Notes under the pieces: model-generated
What the model saw: the letters and a program-made list of their open reading frames with translations, nothing else
Databases searched by the model: none
Told to the model about the DNA's origin: nothing
Translations under genes and position numbers: made by a program
IMG/VR virus record: IMGVR_UViG_3300010151_007728
Location: 1-53,359 of that record
DNA from: a virus
Lineage: Duplodnaviria; Caudoviricetes
Reading direction: 5' to 3' (one strand)
DNA: 53,359 nucleotides
Shown: positions 21,001 through 28,484 of the stretch, piece after piece
Layout: the number at the start of each line of letters is the position of its first letter
Position numbering within the stretch: position 1 is the first letter of the stretch

Positions 21001-21858
21001 CGACTTCACATATGCATCTCTTACTAAGGCTTCTCTGTAAAATTCATCTGAGGTATTAGGGTTCTCAAAGAAAATAAAATGAGTTGAGCCATCCTTCCTG
21101 GGTGCTGGCTCCCATGATGGCACAGGTGCATTGGCCGGGTCTTGGGGATCATATTCTGAAGCTACATCACTTAATGTAGTACCATCATCCTTTAATTGCT
21201 GAATCATGTCTTTGCGTTCTTGCCCCAAGGCTAATACTTGTGGATACTTGTTAACAAAGAAAGCAAAGCCAGTGTGTGTAATTGTACGTATGGCAGGGGC
21301 TGCAGCTGTACCAATATCAACTTCAGCCGCCACGAGCAACGAATCCATGTCACTGATGTTTGTTTTTATGAACGCGTCGTATTCTTCACCCAAAACAGTA
21401 TTAAGAATATTTTCTGTATTTGTGATTGGATTTCCGATTGCTTTGCGGACCAAATAATAAAGAGTAAAGAAGCCATTATCTCTAAGCTTATCGGAATGAT
21501 TTGATTGGTCGGTATCAAAGACGCCTGTCTGAAACAATGCTTGTTCTACTGTTTCTGCATTAGTTGTCTTATCGATGTACAGATTCGGGGAATCTCCCGC
21601 TGAATTGATGACAATGCTTTTGCCCTCGCAGGTATTACTGTTGGTTATAGCGCATACCTCTTTCACACCGTTAGCATCGGTGATAATGGTGACAGCTGCG
21701 CTATTTCCTGCGGACGACTTCCCTTGTGCGTTAGGCGCAACTGTCTCAAAGAATCTTTCTGCCTTGGGGATATCTACTAAATTCAAGTCAGAGACTGAAA
21801 GTAGATTTAATTTCTCTGCTGTAACTGCAGGTATTTCATTAGACGAGTCATCTGCCAT
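12019..21858 (-). CDS. Giant virion-associated protein of unknown function (3279 aa)
   Basis: Uninterrupted 9.8 kb ORF between the spike-like gene and gp25; acidic and largely helical-looking, possible SH3b-like segment at ~20725-20960, Pro-rich hydrophobic C-terminus. Confidence 0.7.
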   Translation of the reverse strand: MADDSSNEIPAVTAEKLNLLSVSDLNLVDIPKAERFFETVAPNAQGKSSAGNSAAVTIITDANGVKEVCAITNSNTCEGKSIVINSAGDSPNLYIDKTTNAETVEQALFQTGVFDTDQSNHSDKLRDNGFFTLYYLVRKAIGNPITNTENILNTVLGEEYDAFIKTNISDMDSLLVAAEVDIGTAAAPAIRTITHTGFAFFVNKYPQVLALGQERKDMIQQLKDDGTTLSDVASEYDPQDPANAPVPSWEPAPRKDGSTHFIFFENPNTSDEFYREALVRDAYVKSTIQPGESNLVTGTDYRFRLIGTTSEENWKYALDQKIFKGANILGYLPNGIQIKIIKEGLGRLAYFSQVEILSGQDIDISYDGPLYIDSRNLKMWQSDIASMKEIKEDPPADSDEPQDAAKPPLRRFKPYEVELPKIEVPEPNAKYLAPDWTSVPTWQPWLDEKTNEYNVVVEISTKHSGGNPTSGAVTRARKTGIAKLLRFYDKKRSMQFRKKLVVLNNGLFARVADEWSSPRQDKTHKYLVAVPRTYFEHPALQVNDFRRDYPTLKELAKGEMEDGTSIPGIQYWLIFKASQITKWVKDTKNVILNDFAGRIRVAKESTTENYNLDPKLDPKHEAQLIDDFIPALRSFMDLNDAKLRTDKDDVIAFGFDKLYRIEFVLYQQVDFDPSKKQNTEGDTNTASKAKRKSGTQHIPNAPSRYLRVGIREFRKEVEPFNMSRTMAYLRYGPSMSPTSDGDQYPGLELIQKYTLFPTLQLRLNDTNKTEEREADILGKQDKIGESPSRGQKNTYKGRSQLQAEADLLGDLEAHARIYADRAKARTPDVDAVLENMEDSVERLGDPEEYYQRLINKIDLMEIIAAAHACLGKTLSIGSVKNIIRKNILKSLPYEPLKSFLTILSADAPALCPDLFKDSRSVSLLQSKVDIDLESPGVNLSSVIAGLTQKMEDDYLCFSQGAIKSTIRPYSNELPGSNTTETDNKNIAIPKIKTVNNDSFTKSEAEKLKKDLSLQLVNLTDSTGIMECLFKILDENISNLPFIRSISVATGIAQSFVKKLFSPESFSSLLSGNPLDYDDPEVIFRIEFKIPDFLISELPGAHDDPLTSIDDALDDAIDMIIGSVISMLKSLIDEFIRACSGAQDIAASLDNVGGLLENSKNEKENLKNSIGKTPGLGKLPSNAAEMSPQQLKDQKCFSQYGMAPSSTSALQYDRPGGLNIYSLFEDPSMDSEIIESVLEKTGRVSTNILISEMLELLDELSVVLKPSEISMVMLGTANTVIYKLILKVISTQPETYSNLASVFESYRDVKDFFVVLGKYIDVIFCTNLISNLDALTGICERNLQDEWYCEQLAKKGYSQEQCEAIISKNQDRDMQRLEYLGDLLLSENITDLIDLPPIISGLGRPGMIPTATPYVRKMINGASDSFINNIRTRFNMEVRGIPGFFIDEVYVEGGADYKRPPEKPRDYISDSEYQDRNYNDPENWPQADITERRVGNAIKLNLMLDNSNILSNGPVNIFPTQFQGVGSENPHLLPVKTLPLPAKSHYTSINYQKMLESQYIRYSTATGKGTRSIPSWKLKEDLIKAFEDSDWWESQDPDFLLEIIGKEAGGFVGGLIDDFYGIFGINTNVEKGLTKFLGEAGETLDEFTVETMLQQELPQMEGIIEAPYHYDITVPVVSTNIKEMIGDMTKGLPGTSKLVEVSYPKYLEIRSADFIDEFNLPAQLLAGSVTNKPFDTATWKIFDRTSQFNLLSTQFNNNSELPGGLEQLPTMQFETNGTTGDSVDLNIMNPVEEAADALREKVLAPPTGENETKLDITDPDIAKTLCYQQWLFSALFTDSFGDLIEKFDNLGSSSTKRRKKFMQSCLKIYDLSFSESVNNLLEHITESPIFEVEVFEKLKLTGIPTVDDYLANICNNPGQMNPPPSLGDLLNTESLKDLARAIIADEECKVGDNTDRSPFQRALERIAVIAYIRVTVLESILRGLLIFTIISPVDLLKGNKMFSEYIILAIKRSAMMQSPLYYDKILSICLDIVVSDVGCAIKSELIQISDGSSVVFEKYEKEFIDNRWQPTIEEQKRMWKDALNNKRYNLEWVLHDRKGQRFLDDLKRSCLLHMVELQIEELGPPISEFLTTPELQKYRLEVERAFLITQRDKDGRPLEKPYYYDMPLHLIDYAFYKGDADDFIAEVDGTAQDSTYFPRKYYGALPTTFKAEKEYLQEKISAFDSVDINIDNCNTLFSNYEYIDLPMAVGHAMALNTGFVIGSKGHVYTDSLYINVGSISKGIRTTNRSSFYEAPANMKNNWLSDTLKETAVEFYKDPEFTLGTTADDLYQAAGGGILSQKMTPLGEATKNGGFAIQRYLKVRFKEIDYSAFTEIEVKGGVEGGNSGGTTSNPTLQDYQIAFNFGFDGGIKYNNSSAPVGATNKITLPGGSGPTEQVWYSPQTNRKVNDLGDSFDSSVNKRNYFQFLSEQGECYMSRDALDSAIINSILFTALSGVQDGFFAGSAAKYFMQGTVTAGSSQIAFAANKMFENTIGIGGSPWLTLGINSLSHWIQDIKVGQRLVYVFPHNMDIIADPAGDLTEASKKMIKSQGFTVLDDGEVVLEGMEGQLKTDETDDSTILDTSQEWQAGSNNPGSFAKILYKNLKEGENSVTTVPPFSNDLKGKSGEILKDELYASRYMRQQEMVSDPESMEISLKRVYSLPIKGCFAERTIDLDSQEWQYSEFLYYYSDKQKELEKQVDAFRDELVEAYSKGDKNKLEATCLELGVTNVPTPLSNQALVHGASPAFSPLVEEDYLRASLEAWYAHSLSDFYDYASKQIDEGPAELKGKGVFMVLKHTVEGNVPSNVAMHATALLAVIATVCPPLSAWITAMLQEVSSIPVKAVDKLITIAVENGLDPTSAIDSWGYELNSYEISSLFVSTDSTAQFLLYKLGYPSEGWMAAYPLKGVLNGKSAQFLEWRKDNFPSKSDWMDQEKWNEEFLDSTSDFNLADIVENLEEGSDLSYIDWPGMTEKKEEPLEKLLEVMFSPLAECVRKKRILLHQQFTGKIANYCQTKDSSGDDIDEQLTKEIFKKTNGSLLGKYILSEDAIRNLAMFHVMYFPLDSGLGPEKLLSSTKELLYTLGESGAASRDDYFYEGTQDAQMMHQAAMNRSSTSRSDNPILSYFQDLTPKMILKGFVKLTDPAWKRAFSIQNITGITDLELGGLMLTMRPSPPFIPPVGDPTIPMTPYGYVYWGLSFLEPLSAFANIANPNPLPDCPPPDPANAPGNNQPVNTGEWEAE

Positions 21859-21872
21859 TTTCTAATCTCTTT

Positions 21873-22796
21873 TTAATTTGTGTTATTATTTCGGGAGTTT
21901 ATATATTTTGCGCCGGAACTTTTTAAATAGTTGGCACCCATGATCTTTAAGTTCATTTTATGCTTAACTAACGCAGGTATCGTGTTAGAAACCATCTTTG
22001 TCACTTGTGGTAGTCCCATGGTAGACAACACATCTAAATCAGGAGTGGTTGCTATGCCAAAAAAAGGACTATAATGATAGTGTTGCAGCGTTGCGTTGTT
22101 AAATTTCATCTGATAATTAACAAAATTTATCAATGTACCATCTAGTTCTGATATCTTAGTAATTATCTGGTTCAAAAATTCTGAAATGTTCTTTCCCTTC
22201 ACTAGGGGCTGCATATCGTCATCGTTGTTCCCAGCTATAAGATCAATGCCTCCGATTGTACGTGTTGTGCCGCCTTGGGAATTTTTTGGATCAGTAGAGG
22301 TAATGAGTTTGATTCCTTCTCTAGATATAAGACGAAGATTATCTGCCTTAATGGCAATTGCAGATTTAGCTATCGCATTCCCAACGACGCCGGGTGCTAA
22401 TTTAAAATATTCATCAATATCGGATTTCTGAGAGATGTATATACGCGCTGCGTCCCTTCTAACATCTGGGTCTGCATAGAGGGGTTCGCCATTTGCGTCC
22501 GTGTCTTTTGCCTCATAGCTCATACGACCAACAACTATATCTATCATCGATGCTTGTGTATCGCCCTTTCCTCCATAGCCACTGAGCCGGTTACCCGGTC
22601 TGTCTCTGCCCAAGACTATGTAAGAACTATTCTTGCCCTGATATACTGTCTCGCATGGAGCTTCTATAAACTTAGGCATAGGTTCCACCAATTCTCCACA
22701 ATATATGCCGCGATACTGAAGATTATCCTGTCCTGTAGATAGAAACTTCTCTTTAGCTTTATTCAGACCTTTCTGCTGTATTGCAGCTTTAGACAT
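21873..22796 (-). CDS. Baseplate central spike-like protein (gp5 C-terminal / gpV-like)
   Basis: Likely start MSKAAIQ at 22796 (TAATG overlap with the upstream stop). Short beta-repeat segments (SAIAIKADNLRLISREGIKLIT) and an HxH motif (QHYHYSP) near the C-terminus. Confidence 0.6.
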   Translation of the reverse strand: MSKAAIQQKGLNKAKEKFLSTGQDNLQYRGIYCGELVEPMPKFIEAPCETVYQGKNSSYIVLGRDRPGNRLSGYGGKGDTQASMIDIVVGRMSYEAKDTDANGEPLYADPDVRRDAARIYISQKSDIDEYFKLAPGVVGNAIAKSAIAIKADNLRLISREGIKLITSTDPKNSQGGTTRTIGGIDLIAGNNDDDMQPLVKGKNISEFLNQIITKISELDGTLINFVNYQMKFNNATLQHYHYSPFFGIATTPDLDVLSTMGLPQVTKMVSNTIPALVKHKMNLKIMGANYLKSSGAKYINSRNNNTN

Positions 22797-25678
22797 TAGA
22801 CAAATCCTTTTCCTGACCACTCTTTATTGTTAGTATTTAGGGCAGTCTGGGTACTCTTTTCTGCTACGTAGATACTATATTCACCATCAGTTACATAATC
22901 CTCACCGGTATACCAAGCCTCTCTTGTTAGTTGAACTTCCCAATGCCAAGCCTCTGCCTTATAGGGACTTATTCCCCAACGATAGGCGTTCTTTTTTACC
23001 CACTTGTATAACTCGCCCTGCTTTTGCTTGCTATTTGTTTTTGAATATGGACCCATGGAGCCTTCTTTCCATCTATCCGGATGTGGTGACCGATATCGAA
23101 TATCAAAAGCTAACCCAGTTTCATGGGGGCTGTTCCAAGCGCGGAGGGTTCTCCCCTTTCTTACGCTGCCGTATTCATCGATCAAAAATAAATCAAACAA
23201 TTGTTTAAGTGAAGTTACTCCACTGGACTTAGCTTTCTTAACACTGGGATGCTTATCACCTCGCCGTCCAAGAAGCCATTTATACCTAATCTCTGGTGGC
23301 TCTCTTAAACCAGAGGCTAAACGAAATTTTCGGTTTCCCGTCTCCTTGCTCCATGCTTTATTCATCAGAACGACTCTTTTCGCAGCTAATTTGTGCATGG
23401 GCTTTCCATAGCAATCAACTATCAGGTCTTTATTTAAAAACTTTTGTGGAAAATTCCCAGCTCTTACACGATTCGATTTGAAGCGAGTACCGGACGAGAG
23501 GGAAATTTCCGTATTATCATATATGTATTCTTGAAGCCCGTCAACTCCTGCTTTAGAAGAAGGTGGCGTACTATTCTTAGCCGGCCTAGTCTCTTTGGGT
23601 TCTCCCTTAGAGCGACGGCATTTGGCTGCTTTTGGGCGCTGAGTTGCAGAAGAAGAAGATATGCCTGCACCAGATTTTTCAAGATTCAGTTGCTTCTCAA
23701 GACTATTTAGCGATTTGAGCGATTGTGATAACTCCTTGTCCTTTTGAGACAGCGTTCCTCTCAACTCTTGTGCCTTGATATAAGAAATGTCCCCTTTCAA
23801 AGCGGTACTTGAAAGCCCCTCTATCTCGTCTGCTAATTCTTCACGCTCTTTCTTCAAATCAGATACTTTCTTGCGCTTCTCGCTCAAAGTGGCTTCTTGT
23901 TGTGGGGTTAGTTTCGATTTAGCTATAGCGCTAGCTGCCACGTCGGATTCTGCAGACTTCTCTCTTGTCGTCTTAAGTCCAACATCCTTTTCTTCGGACG
24001 CTCGGACAGAATCGTCAATTCCATCCTCTTTGGGGCGCTTTTGCTTGCTAGATGTATCAGTCACTTCCTTAAGGTGTTCGGAAGCCACCATGGCAGTGCT
24101 GTTGGTCTCAGATGCAAGATTATCAATCTCATTTGCCATATTCTTCAGCAAAAACCACGAATTCATTGGCCAACGTTGATTTGTTCCGCCATTAGCCGCC
24201 TCCCAGGACCAATATGCTAACGCGCCCTTATGGTCGATATAATCTTGCGCGCTGTCTCCTAGAAGCCAACTAGTTCTTCTTATAATTTCCTCCGGAGGCT
24301 TCTTCCTAGTGCCATATTGGGGATAAAAAGGATTGTAAGTCTTTGTTCCGTAGAGTGACCCCATTGCCATAATATTGGTGAAGCCGGCTTCTACATATGC
24401 CTTTATGCCCTTGATCATATTTTTGGGTCCATATTCCGGAGCGGCGCGATAAGATTGGGGGATGACAAAATCTGCGGGAGCCAAATCGGCAAGAACATAT
24501 TTCAATTTAGGCTGAAATTGAGGAATTTCGTAAGAAGTGACCCCATAACACAACCCTGAACTATAGGCAGCTGCATTGCATTTATCGGTAAATTCCCTTA
24601 CTTTTTGCTTAAGTTTGGCGTTACTCATATTCCACTTGCCTTTTGGTTGGAATCCAGCTTCTGGATCAGATATAACGCCGGCACAGCCTGAGGCATATGC
24701 CGTAGCAAACATATAATCAACCCACTCATCTATTTTATGGATATTTGGAAACCCAAATAAGTATACTCGGATTCCGGCTGCGGCATATGCATCAACAAAT
24801 TCCTTGACCTTTTCTAGAGATGCGCTTTTGTCCTTCTTTATTTTGCCGTTGACCTTTTCTCCTGGAAACCATTGCCACATCCCAAGCGTAATAACAAAGT
24901 CTAGACCGGCGTCAATTGCTTGCGAGACAGGAAAAGCACCCAAGTTGGCATACATGTTGGTGAAAATCCCCTTGCCTTCAGGAATCCTCCCACGGTCGAG
25001 CGTCACATCAATCGGAGTATAATGGTTCCCTAAATCAGGGAAGTTCGCAACTATATTAGCTGGCGTTGAGTCTAGTTTGCCTCCGGATGCTGGTTTTCCC
25101 AATAATCGTCCACACGGACCAAACTTGCTAGACGGTTTTGCACTGGCACTCGTTTTCTTTAGCGTTCGACGTTTTATATTACTTATAAGTACGCCTCCCT
25201 CCAGATTCTCTATATTCTCAAACGTAACCCAAACAATATCCCCGACTGCTGGCTGTTCGATGTCGTTGCTTCGCGCAGTAAAAATGGGATACATGTCAAT
25301 AAGGTGGTTATCTTGTGCCGAACCGTTTCCTTTCGGAGAGGGCAAGATAGACCCGTGAATTTCCGGTATCATAGCTTTAACACTTACGAATTTCTTTGAA
25401 TCTGTATTGGCTCCTGCGCCCAAGAAGGGTGCTATCGTCTCCAAGAACCCGAAAGGAAGATCATCTTCCCCTACCGGGTTTTCAACCCTCAAAACAACAG
25501 CCTTAAACTGAGTCAACCCCTTAGTACTATCCGATTGGAACATACTCCTTGTAAACATGCGCAACAAATCCGCAGGATCCATACCGGAATCATAGATCAT
25601 CTTATCTTTTTTCGGTCCTACGGGATTTAAGGTACCGTAGGCATATGCATTCTCAGACAGAATATCTTTATCAGCCAT
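22796..25678 (-). CDS. gp5-like hub protein: OB-fold + GH25-like TIM-barrel + coiled coil + M15 (VanY-like) peptidase
   Basis: N-terminal AVVLRVENP...VKAMIPE...PAVGDIVWVTFE (gp5/Vgr OB-like); middle AAAGIRVYLF...GVISDPE (DxE); C-terminal SGLR, SPHETGLAFD (SxHxxGxAxD) and EAWH (ExWH) of M15 zinc peptidases. Confidence 0.75.
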   Translation of the reverse strand: MADKDILSENAYAYGTLNPVGPKKDKMIYDSGMDPADLLRMFTRSMFQSDSTKGLTQFKAVVLRVENPVGEDDLPFGFLETIAPFLGAGANTDSKKFVSVKAMIPEIHGSILPSPKGNGSAQDNHLIDMYPIFTARSNDIEQPAVGDIVWVTFENIENLEGGVLISNIKRRTLKKTSASAKPSSKFGPCGRLLGKPASGGKLDSTPANIVANFPDLGNHYTPIDVTLDRGRIPEGKGIFTNMYANLGAFPVSQAIDAGLDFVITLGMWQWFPGEKVNGKIKKDKSASLEKVKEFVDAYAAAGIRVYLFGFPNIHKIDEWVDYMFATAYASGCAGVISDPEAGFQPKGKWNMSNAKLKQKVREFTDKCNAAAYSSGLCYGVTSYEIPQFQPKLKYVLADLAPADFVIPQSYRAAPEYGPKNMIKGIKAYVEAGFTNIMAMGSLYGTKTYNPFYPQYGTRKKPPEEIIRRTSWLLGDSAQDYIDHKGALAYWSWEAANGGTNQRWPMNSWFLLKNMANEIDNLASETNSTAMVASEHLKEVTDTSSKQKRPKEDGIDDSVRASEEKDVGLKTTREKSAESDVAASAIAKSKLTPQQEATLSEKRKKVSDLKKEREELADEIEGLSSTALKGDISYIKAQELRGTLSQKDKELSQSLKSLNSLEKQLNLEKSGAGISSSSATQRPKAAKCRRSKGEPKETRPAKNSTPPSSKAGVDGLQEYIYDNTEISLSSGTRFKSNRVRAGNFPQKFLNKDLIVDCYGKPMHKLAAKRVVLMNKAWSKETGNRKFRLASGLREPPEIRYKWLLGRRGDKHPSVKKAKSSGVTSLKQLFDLFLIDEYGSVRKGRTLRAWNSPHETGLAFDIRYRSPHPDRWKEGSMGPYSKTNSKQKQGELYKWVKKNAYRWGISPYKAEAWHWEVQLTREAWYTGEDYVTDGEYSIYVAEKSTQTALNTNNKEWSGKGFV

Positions 25679-25979
25679 CTTGTTCTTTTCCTATAAGGTC
25701 GTATAACTCATCCTTATCTAGGTCTGATAATCCTGATGGTACTGAATTCTTTTTATGTACAAGAGAACTAATCTTGACCATCTGCTCATTTGAGCGTTGG
25801 AGAGTCTCTAGGTACTTTGCCGCTACCTGACCGGTATATTGATGTTGGTTCTTATCTTTTTTGATATGTTCCATTAAATCAATCAAGAGAGTCGAGGCCA
25901 TGGCGCGGTCTTCTCTTATATTTTCTAATGACTCTGCTATGAGAGAATCAATATTTTTTACAGTTCGTCCTTTTCCCAT
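25671..25979 (-). CDS. Hypothetical helical phage protein (102 aa)
   Basis: Overlaps both neighbours; plausible composition. Confidence 0.7.
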   Translation of the reverse strand: MGKGRTVKNIDSLIAESLENIREDRAMASTLLIDLMEHIKKDKNQHQYTGQVAAKYLETLQRSNEQMVKISSLVHKKNSVPSGLSDLDKDELYDLIGKEQDG

Positions 25980-26683
25980 TTATTTTTAAAAGCCCTATAT
26001 TTAAATCGTATTTTATTAAGGTTGTTAACAACCTGCTTGGTGTTCAAGCCCGTAATTTCTCGGATGTATAAATAAATAGCTTTTTTGTTAAAAATGTCAA
26101 TATCGTTTGCGGATTCAAATAAAATCTTTACTGAGTCTAATACCTTTTTTTCATTTTCTTTGAGTTCTAGTTTCTCCCACTTCTCCATTTCCACGAACAA
26201 GAGACTCAAGAACTCGGACTTCTGTCTTCTCTCTAGATAGTCATTTTGTACTATTAAATCTTGTTGTCCTAGATCTAAATTAAAGTCATCAATGCAGGTC
26301 TCTCTCTGAAGTTTTTTTGAGTTTTTCTTTACTTTATGTATAAACCAGTTCTTAGTAATAACGCTAAAATAAGAGAAAGCCTTTGATTTGCGAGTGGGAT
26401 CGTATTTGTCTAATATGGTTGTTAGCCAAATTTTACAATCATCTTTCAAATAATCAATGTTTGGAAGATTAGTAAACTTATATGTATAAACGATCTTATC
26501 AACCATTTCATCAAAAGCTGGTCCTATATATTCTATATAAAGCTCGGTTCGAATCTTTTTAGAATCAGTCAACGCATATTGTATAATTGCTTCTTCATGA
26601 TCCTTTGTAAAATATTGATTACTCTTGCGTTTCTTTGCTCGTGTCTTCTTGATTTTGGTCTCTTTTGTCATCATTAATGTCAT
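25958..26683 (-). CDS. Phage sigma-factor-like protein (T4 gp55 late-sigma-like)
   Basis: NQYFTKDHEEAIIQY and LDKYDPTRKSKAFSYFSVITKNWF resemble sigma region 2 as seen in gp55-like proteins; C-terminal HTH-like YLYIREITGLNTKQVVNNLNKIR. Exact start among 26683/26674/26671 uncertain. Confidence 0.6.
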   Translation of the reverse strand: MTLMMTKETKIKKTRAKKRKSNQYFTKDHEEAIIQYALTDSKKIRTELYIEYIGPAFDEMVDKIVYTYKFTNLPNIDYLKDDCKIWLTTILDKYDPTRKSKAFSYFSVITKNWFIHKVKKNSKKLQRETCIDDFNLDLGQQDLIVQNDYLERRQKSEFLSLLFVEMEKWEKLELKENEKKVLDSVKILFESANDIDIFNKKAIYLYIREITGLNTKQVVNNLNKIRFKYRAFKNKWEKDEL

Positions 26684-27059
26684 CTTTTTCTATTCCTGTT
26701 TTTTCCTGTGCTGCCTCATCGCTATCGATGGAGTAATGCATATCCTCGTATGCATAGAAATGATTAATCATATCTTTTGAATGTTCAATGAGCGCTTCTA
26801 ATGTCTCGTCTCCATAATACATCTCTAATTCATATAGGTCTTTCAGATGGTTGATAAAATTTTCGCAACGAAGTAGCAACGAAGAGAAGTCACTATATGT
26901 TTTATTTCGATCCCCTAGTAAGAAAAATATATAGACCATGGTACCAACATTAATCAATATTGAAAAAAATAATAGAAACGGTATTAATCCAAATAAAAAG
27001 ATTAATAAGAAAGAATTAAGTACCACGGAACTACCTAGGATTATTTGTAAAATCATCAT
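26619..27059 (-). CDS. Hypothetical membrane protein
   Basis: N-terminal ~48 aa hydrophobic (about two TM helices), acidic soluble tail. Confidence 0.7.
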   Translation of the reverse strand: MMILQIILGSSVVLNSFLLIFLFGLIPFLLFFSILINVGTMVYIFFLLGDRNKTYSDFSSLLLRCENFINHLKDLYELEMYYGDETLEALIEHSKDMINHFYAYEDMHYSIDSDEAAQEKTGIEKDDINDDKRDQNQEDTSKETQE

Positions 27060-27318
27060 AGCTTAAATTTCTCTCCTCCGCTTTTGCATCCTCTAAAATC
27101 TCTTTATTATCTTCTATTGCTTGTTTTGTCACATCACCAACTCTGCCGGGGGCGGAATCATAATGCGCATGCGTCTTTTTAACGTATACTTCATTAACCA
27201 TCTTTGTCAAATCCCCAGTACTATTGCATTCTGGACAACCAGAGGGGTCTTCCCGAATGCCATGGTGGGTTGTGAACTGATATTCACAGCATCCACATTT
27301 ATAGCTATACTTAGGCAT
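27031..27318 (-). CDS. FmdB-family zinc-ribbon protein
   Basis: MPKYSYKCGCC...F...CPEC matches the FmdB/CxxC_CxxC pattern; start at 27318. Confidence 0.85.
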   Translation of the reverse strand: MPKYSYKCGCCEYQFTTHHGIREDPSGCPECNSTGDLTKMVNEVYVKKTHAHYDSAPGRVGDVTKQAIEDNKEILEDAKAEERNLSYDDFTNNPR

Positions 27319-27520
27319 CTGATACATCTTCTACCGAAGTCAATGTATCGTAATCATCATTATTTATCTTAAAAAGAGGAGGGTTCATTACCATAAGCTC
27401 TTCCTCTTCGTTGGCTTGAAATTTAAACCCTTTAAGTACTGGAACAATATCGCTTTGTTCCAGCAAAGATTTCTGCAATGCCATCATTATTGCACCAAGT
27501 GCTTCATCAGATAATTTCAT
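27311..27520 (-). CDS. Hypothetical protein (69 aa)
   Basis: Strong SD AAGGAG upstream; overlaps next gene. Confidence 0.75.
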   Translation of the reverse strand: MKLSDEALGAIMMALQKSLLEQSDIVPVLKGFKFQANEEEELMVMNPPLFKINNDDYDTLTSVEDVSDA

Positions 27521-27533
27521 TTTATTCTCCTTG

Positions 27534-28484
27534 TTACCATATAAAATTACTCTTGTAATGTTCTACAATATTTTTTATTTCTTTATCAAAATTCTTTCTC
27601 GGCTTCCAACCAAGATTCTTCAACTTTCTATCATTTAGGGCATACCTTATATCTTGTCCTTTGCGAAAAGTGTCAAAGTCCACATATTGTTCCCAATTGT
27701 CATCGGTACCATAATATGCCTCTATGACCTTTCTTACAGTTTCTGCGTTCGATTGCTCAAATCCTCCGGCTACATTATAAATTTGGTTAACATTGCCAGA
27801 ATCAATAATAGAAATCACTGCTTCAGCCGTGTCAGCTGCATGCAGCCAATTACGAGTTGGCACCCCTGCATCGTGAAGCTTGATCTTCTTGCCTCTAGCA
27901 AGATTCTTAACCGCAAGGGGTACTAGCTTTTCAGGATACTGTCCGATGCCATAGTTATTTGTCGGACGCAAAATAAGATATTTAATATCATAGGTTCTTG
28001 CCCAAGCGTGCACCAGCATATCGCCTGCCGCTTTTGCTGCTGAATATGGATTACTTGGCTTGAGTACATCCATCTCGGTGTGCGCGCCACTAACTATATC
28101 TCCATAAACCTCATCAGTGCTAATATGAAACATAATAGGTTTATCATTACAATTAACTGGTTTAAATCTAACCAAGTCTAATAGAGTTTTTACTCCCAAA
28201 ACGTTGCTATCAAGAAATTCATCGCTCTTGATGATACTGTTTCCGACATGCGATTCTGCTGCAAAATTTATAACGTAATCGCAATCATAGAGGTGCTTAA
28301 TATCTTTAATATCGCAACATTCAAAGTGAAAGTTTTCGTATTGATTGAATTCTTCTAAAAGCTGTGGATTGGCAGCATATGTCATTTTATCAATCCCGCG
28401 AACTTGCCAGCCAAGCTGTAATGCTCTTCTGGTCATATAAGAGCCGATAAACCCTAGACATCCGGTTATATATACGATTCTCAT
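27534..28484 (-). CDS. rfbB: NDP-glucose 4,6-dehydratase (RmlB/RfbB-like)
   Basis: TGCLGFIGS, DKMTYAAN, FAAESHV, STDEVYG, PSNPYSAAK, NNYG.GQYPEKL. Confidence 0.9.
   Translation of the reverse strand: MRIVYITGCLGFIGSYMTRRALQLGWQVRGIDKMTYAANPQLLEEFNQYENFHFECCDIKDIKHLYDCDYVINFAAESHVGNSIIKSDEFLDSNVLGVKTLLDLVRFKPVNCNDKPIMFHISTDEVYGDIVSGAHTEMDVLKPSNPYSAAKAAGDMLVHAWARTYDIKYLILRPTNNYGIGQYPEKLVPLAVKNLARGKKIKLHDAGVPTRNWLHAADTAEAVISIIDSGNVNQIYNVAGGFEQSNAETVRKVIEAYYGTDDNWEQYVDFDTFRKGQDIRYALNDRKLKNLGWKPRKNFDKEIKNIVEHYKSNFIW

Noticed and set aside
12019-21858. Intein, intron or phage RNA polymerase in the 3279-aa ORF
   Set aside because: No intein splice motifs, LAGLIDADG/HNH motifs or DxDGD catalytic motif recognised by eye.
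9743-25678. Bacterial eCIS/T6SS/tailocin locus
   Set aside because: T4-like gp6, gp55-like sigma, PhoH, Cas4-like nuclease, many small orphans and no housekeeping genes point to a large lytic phage.
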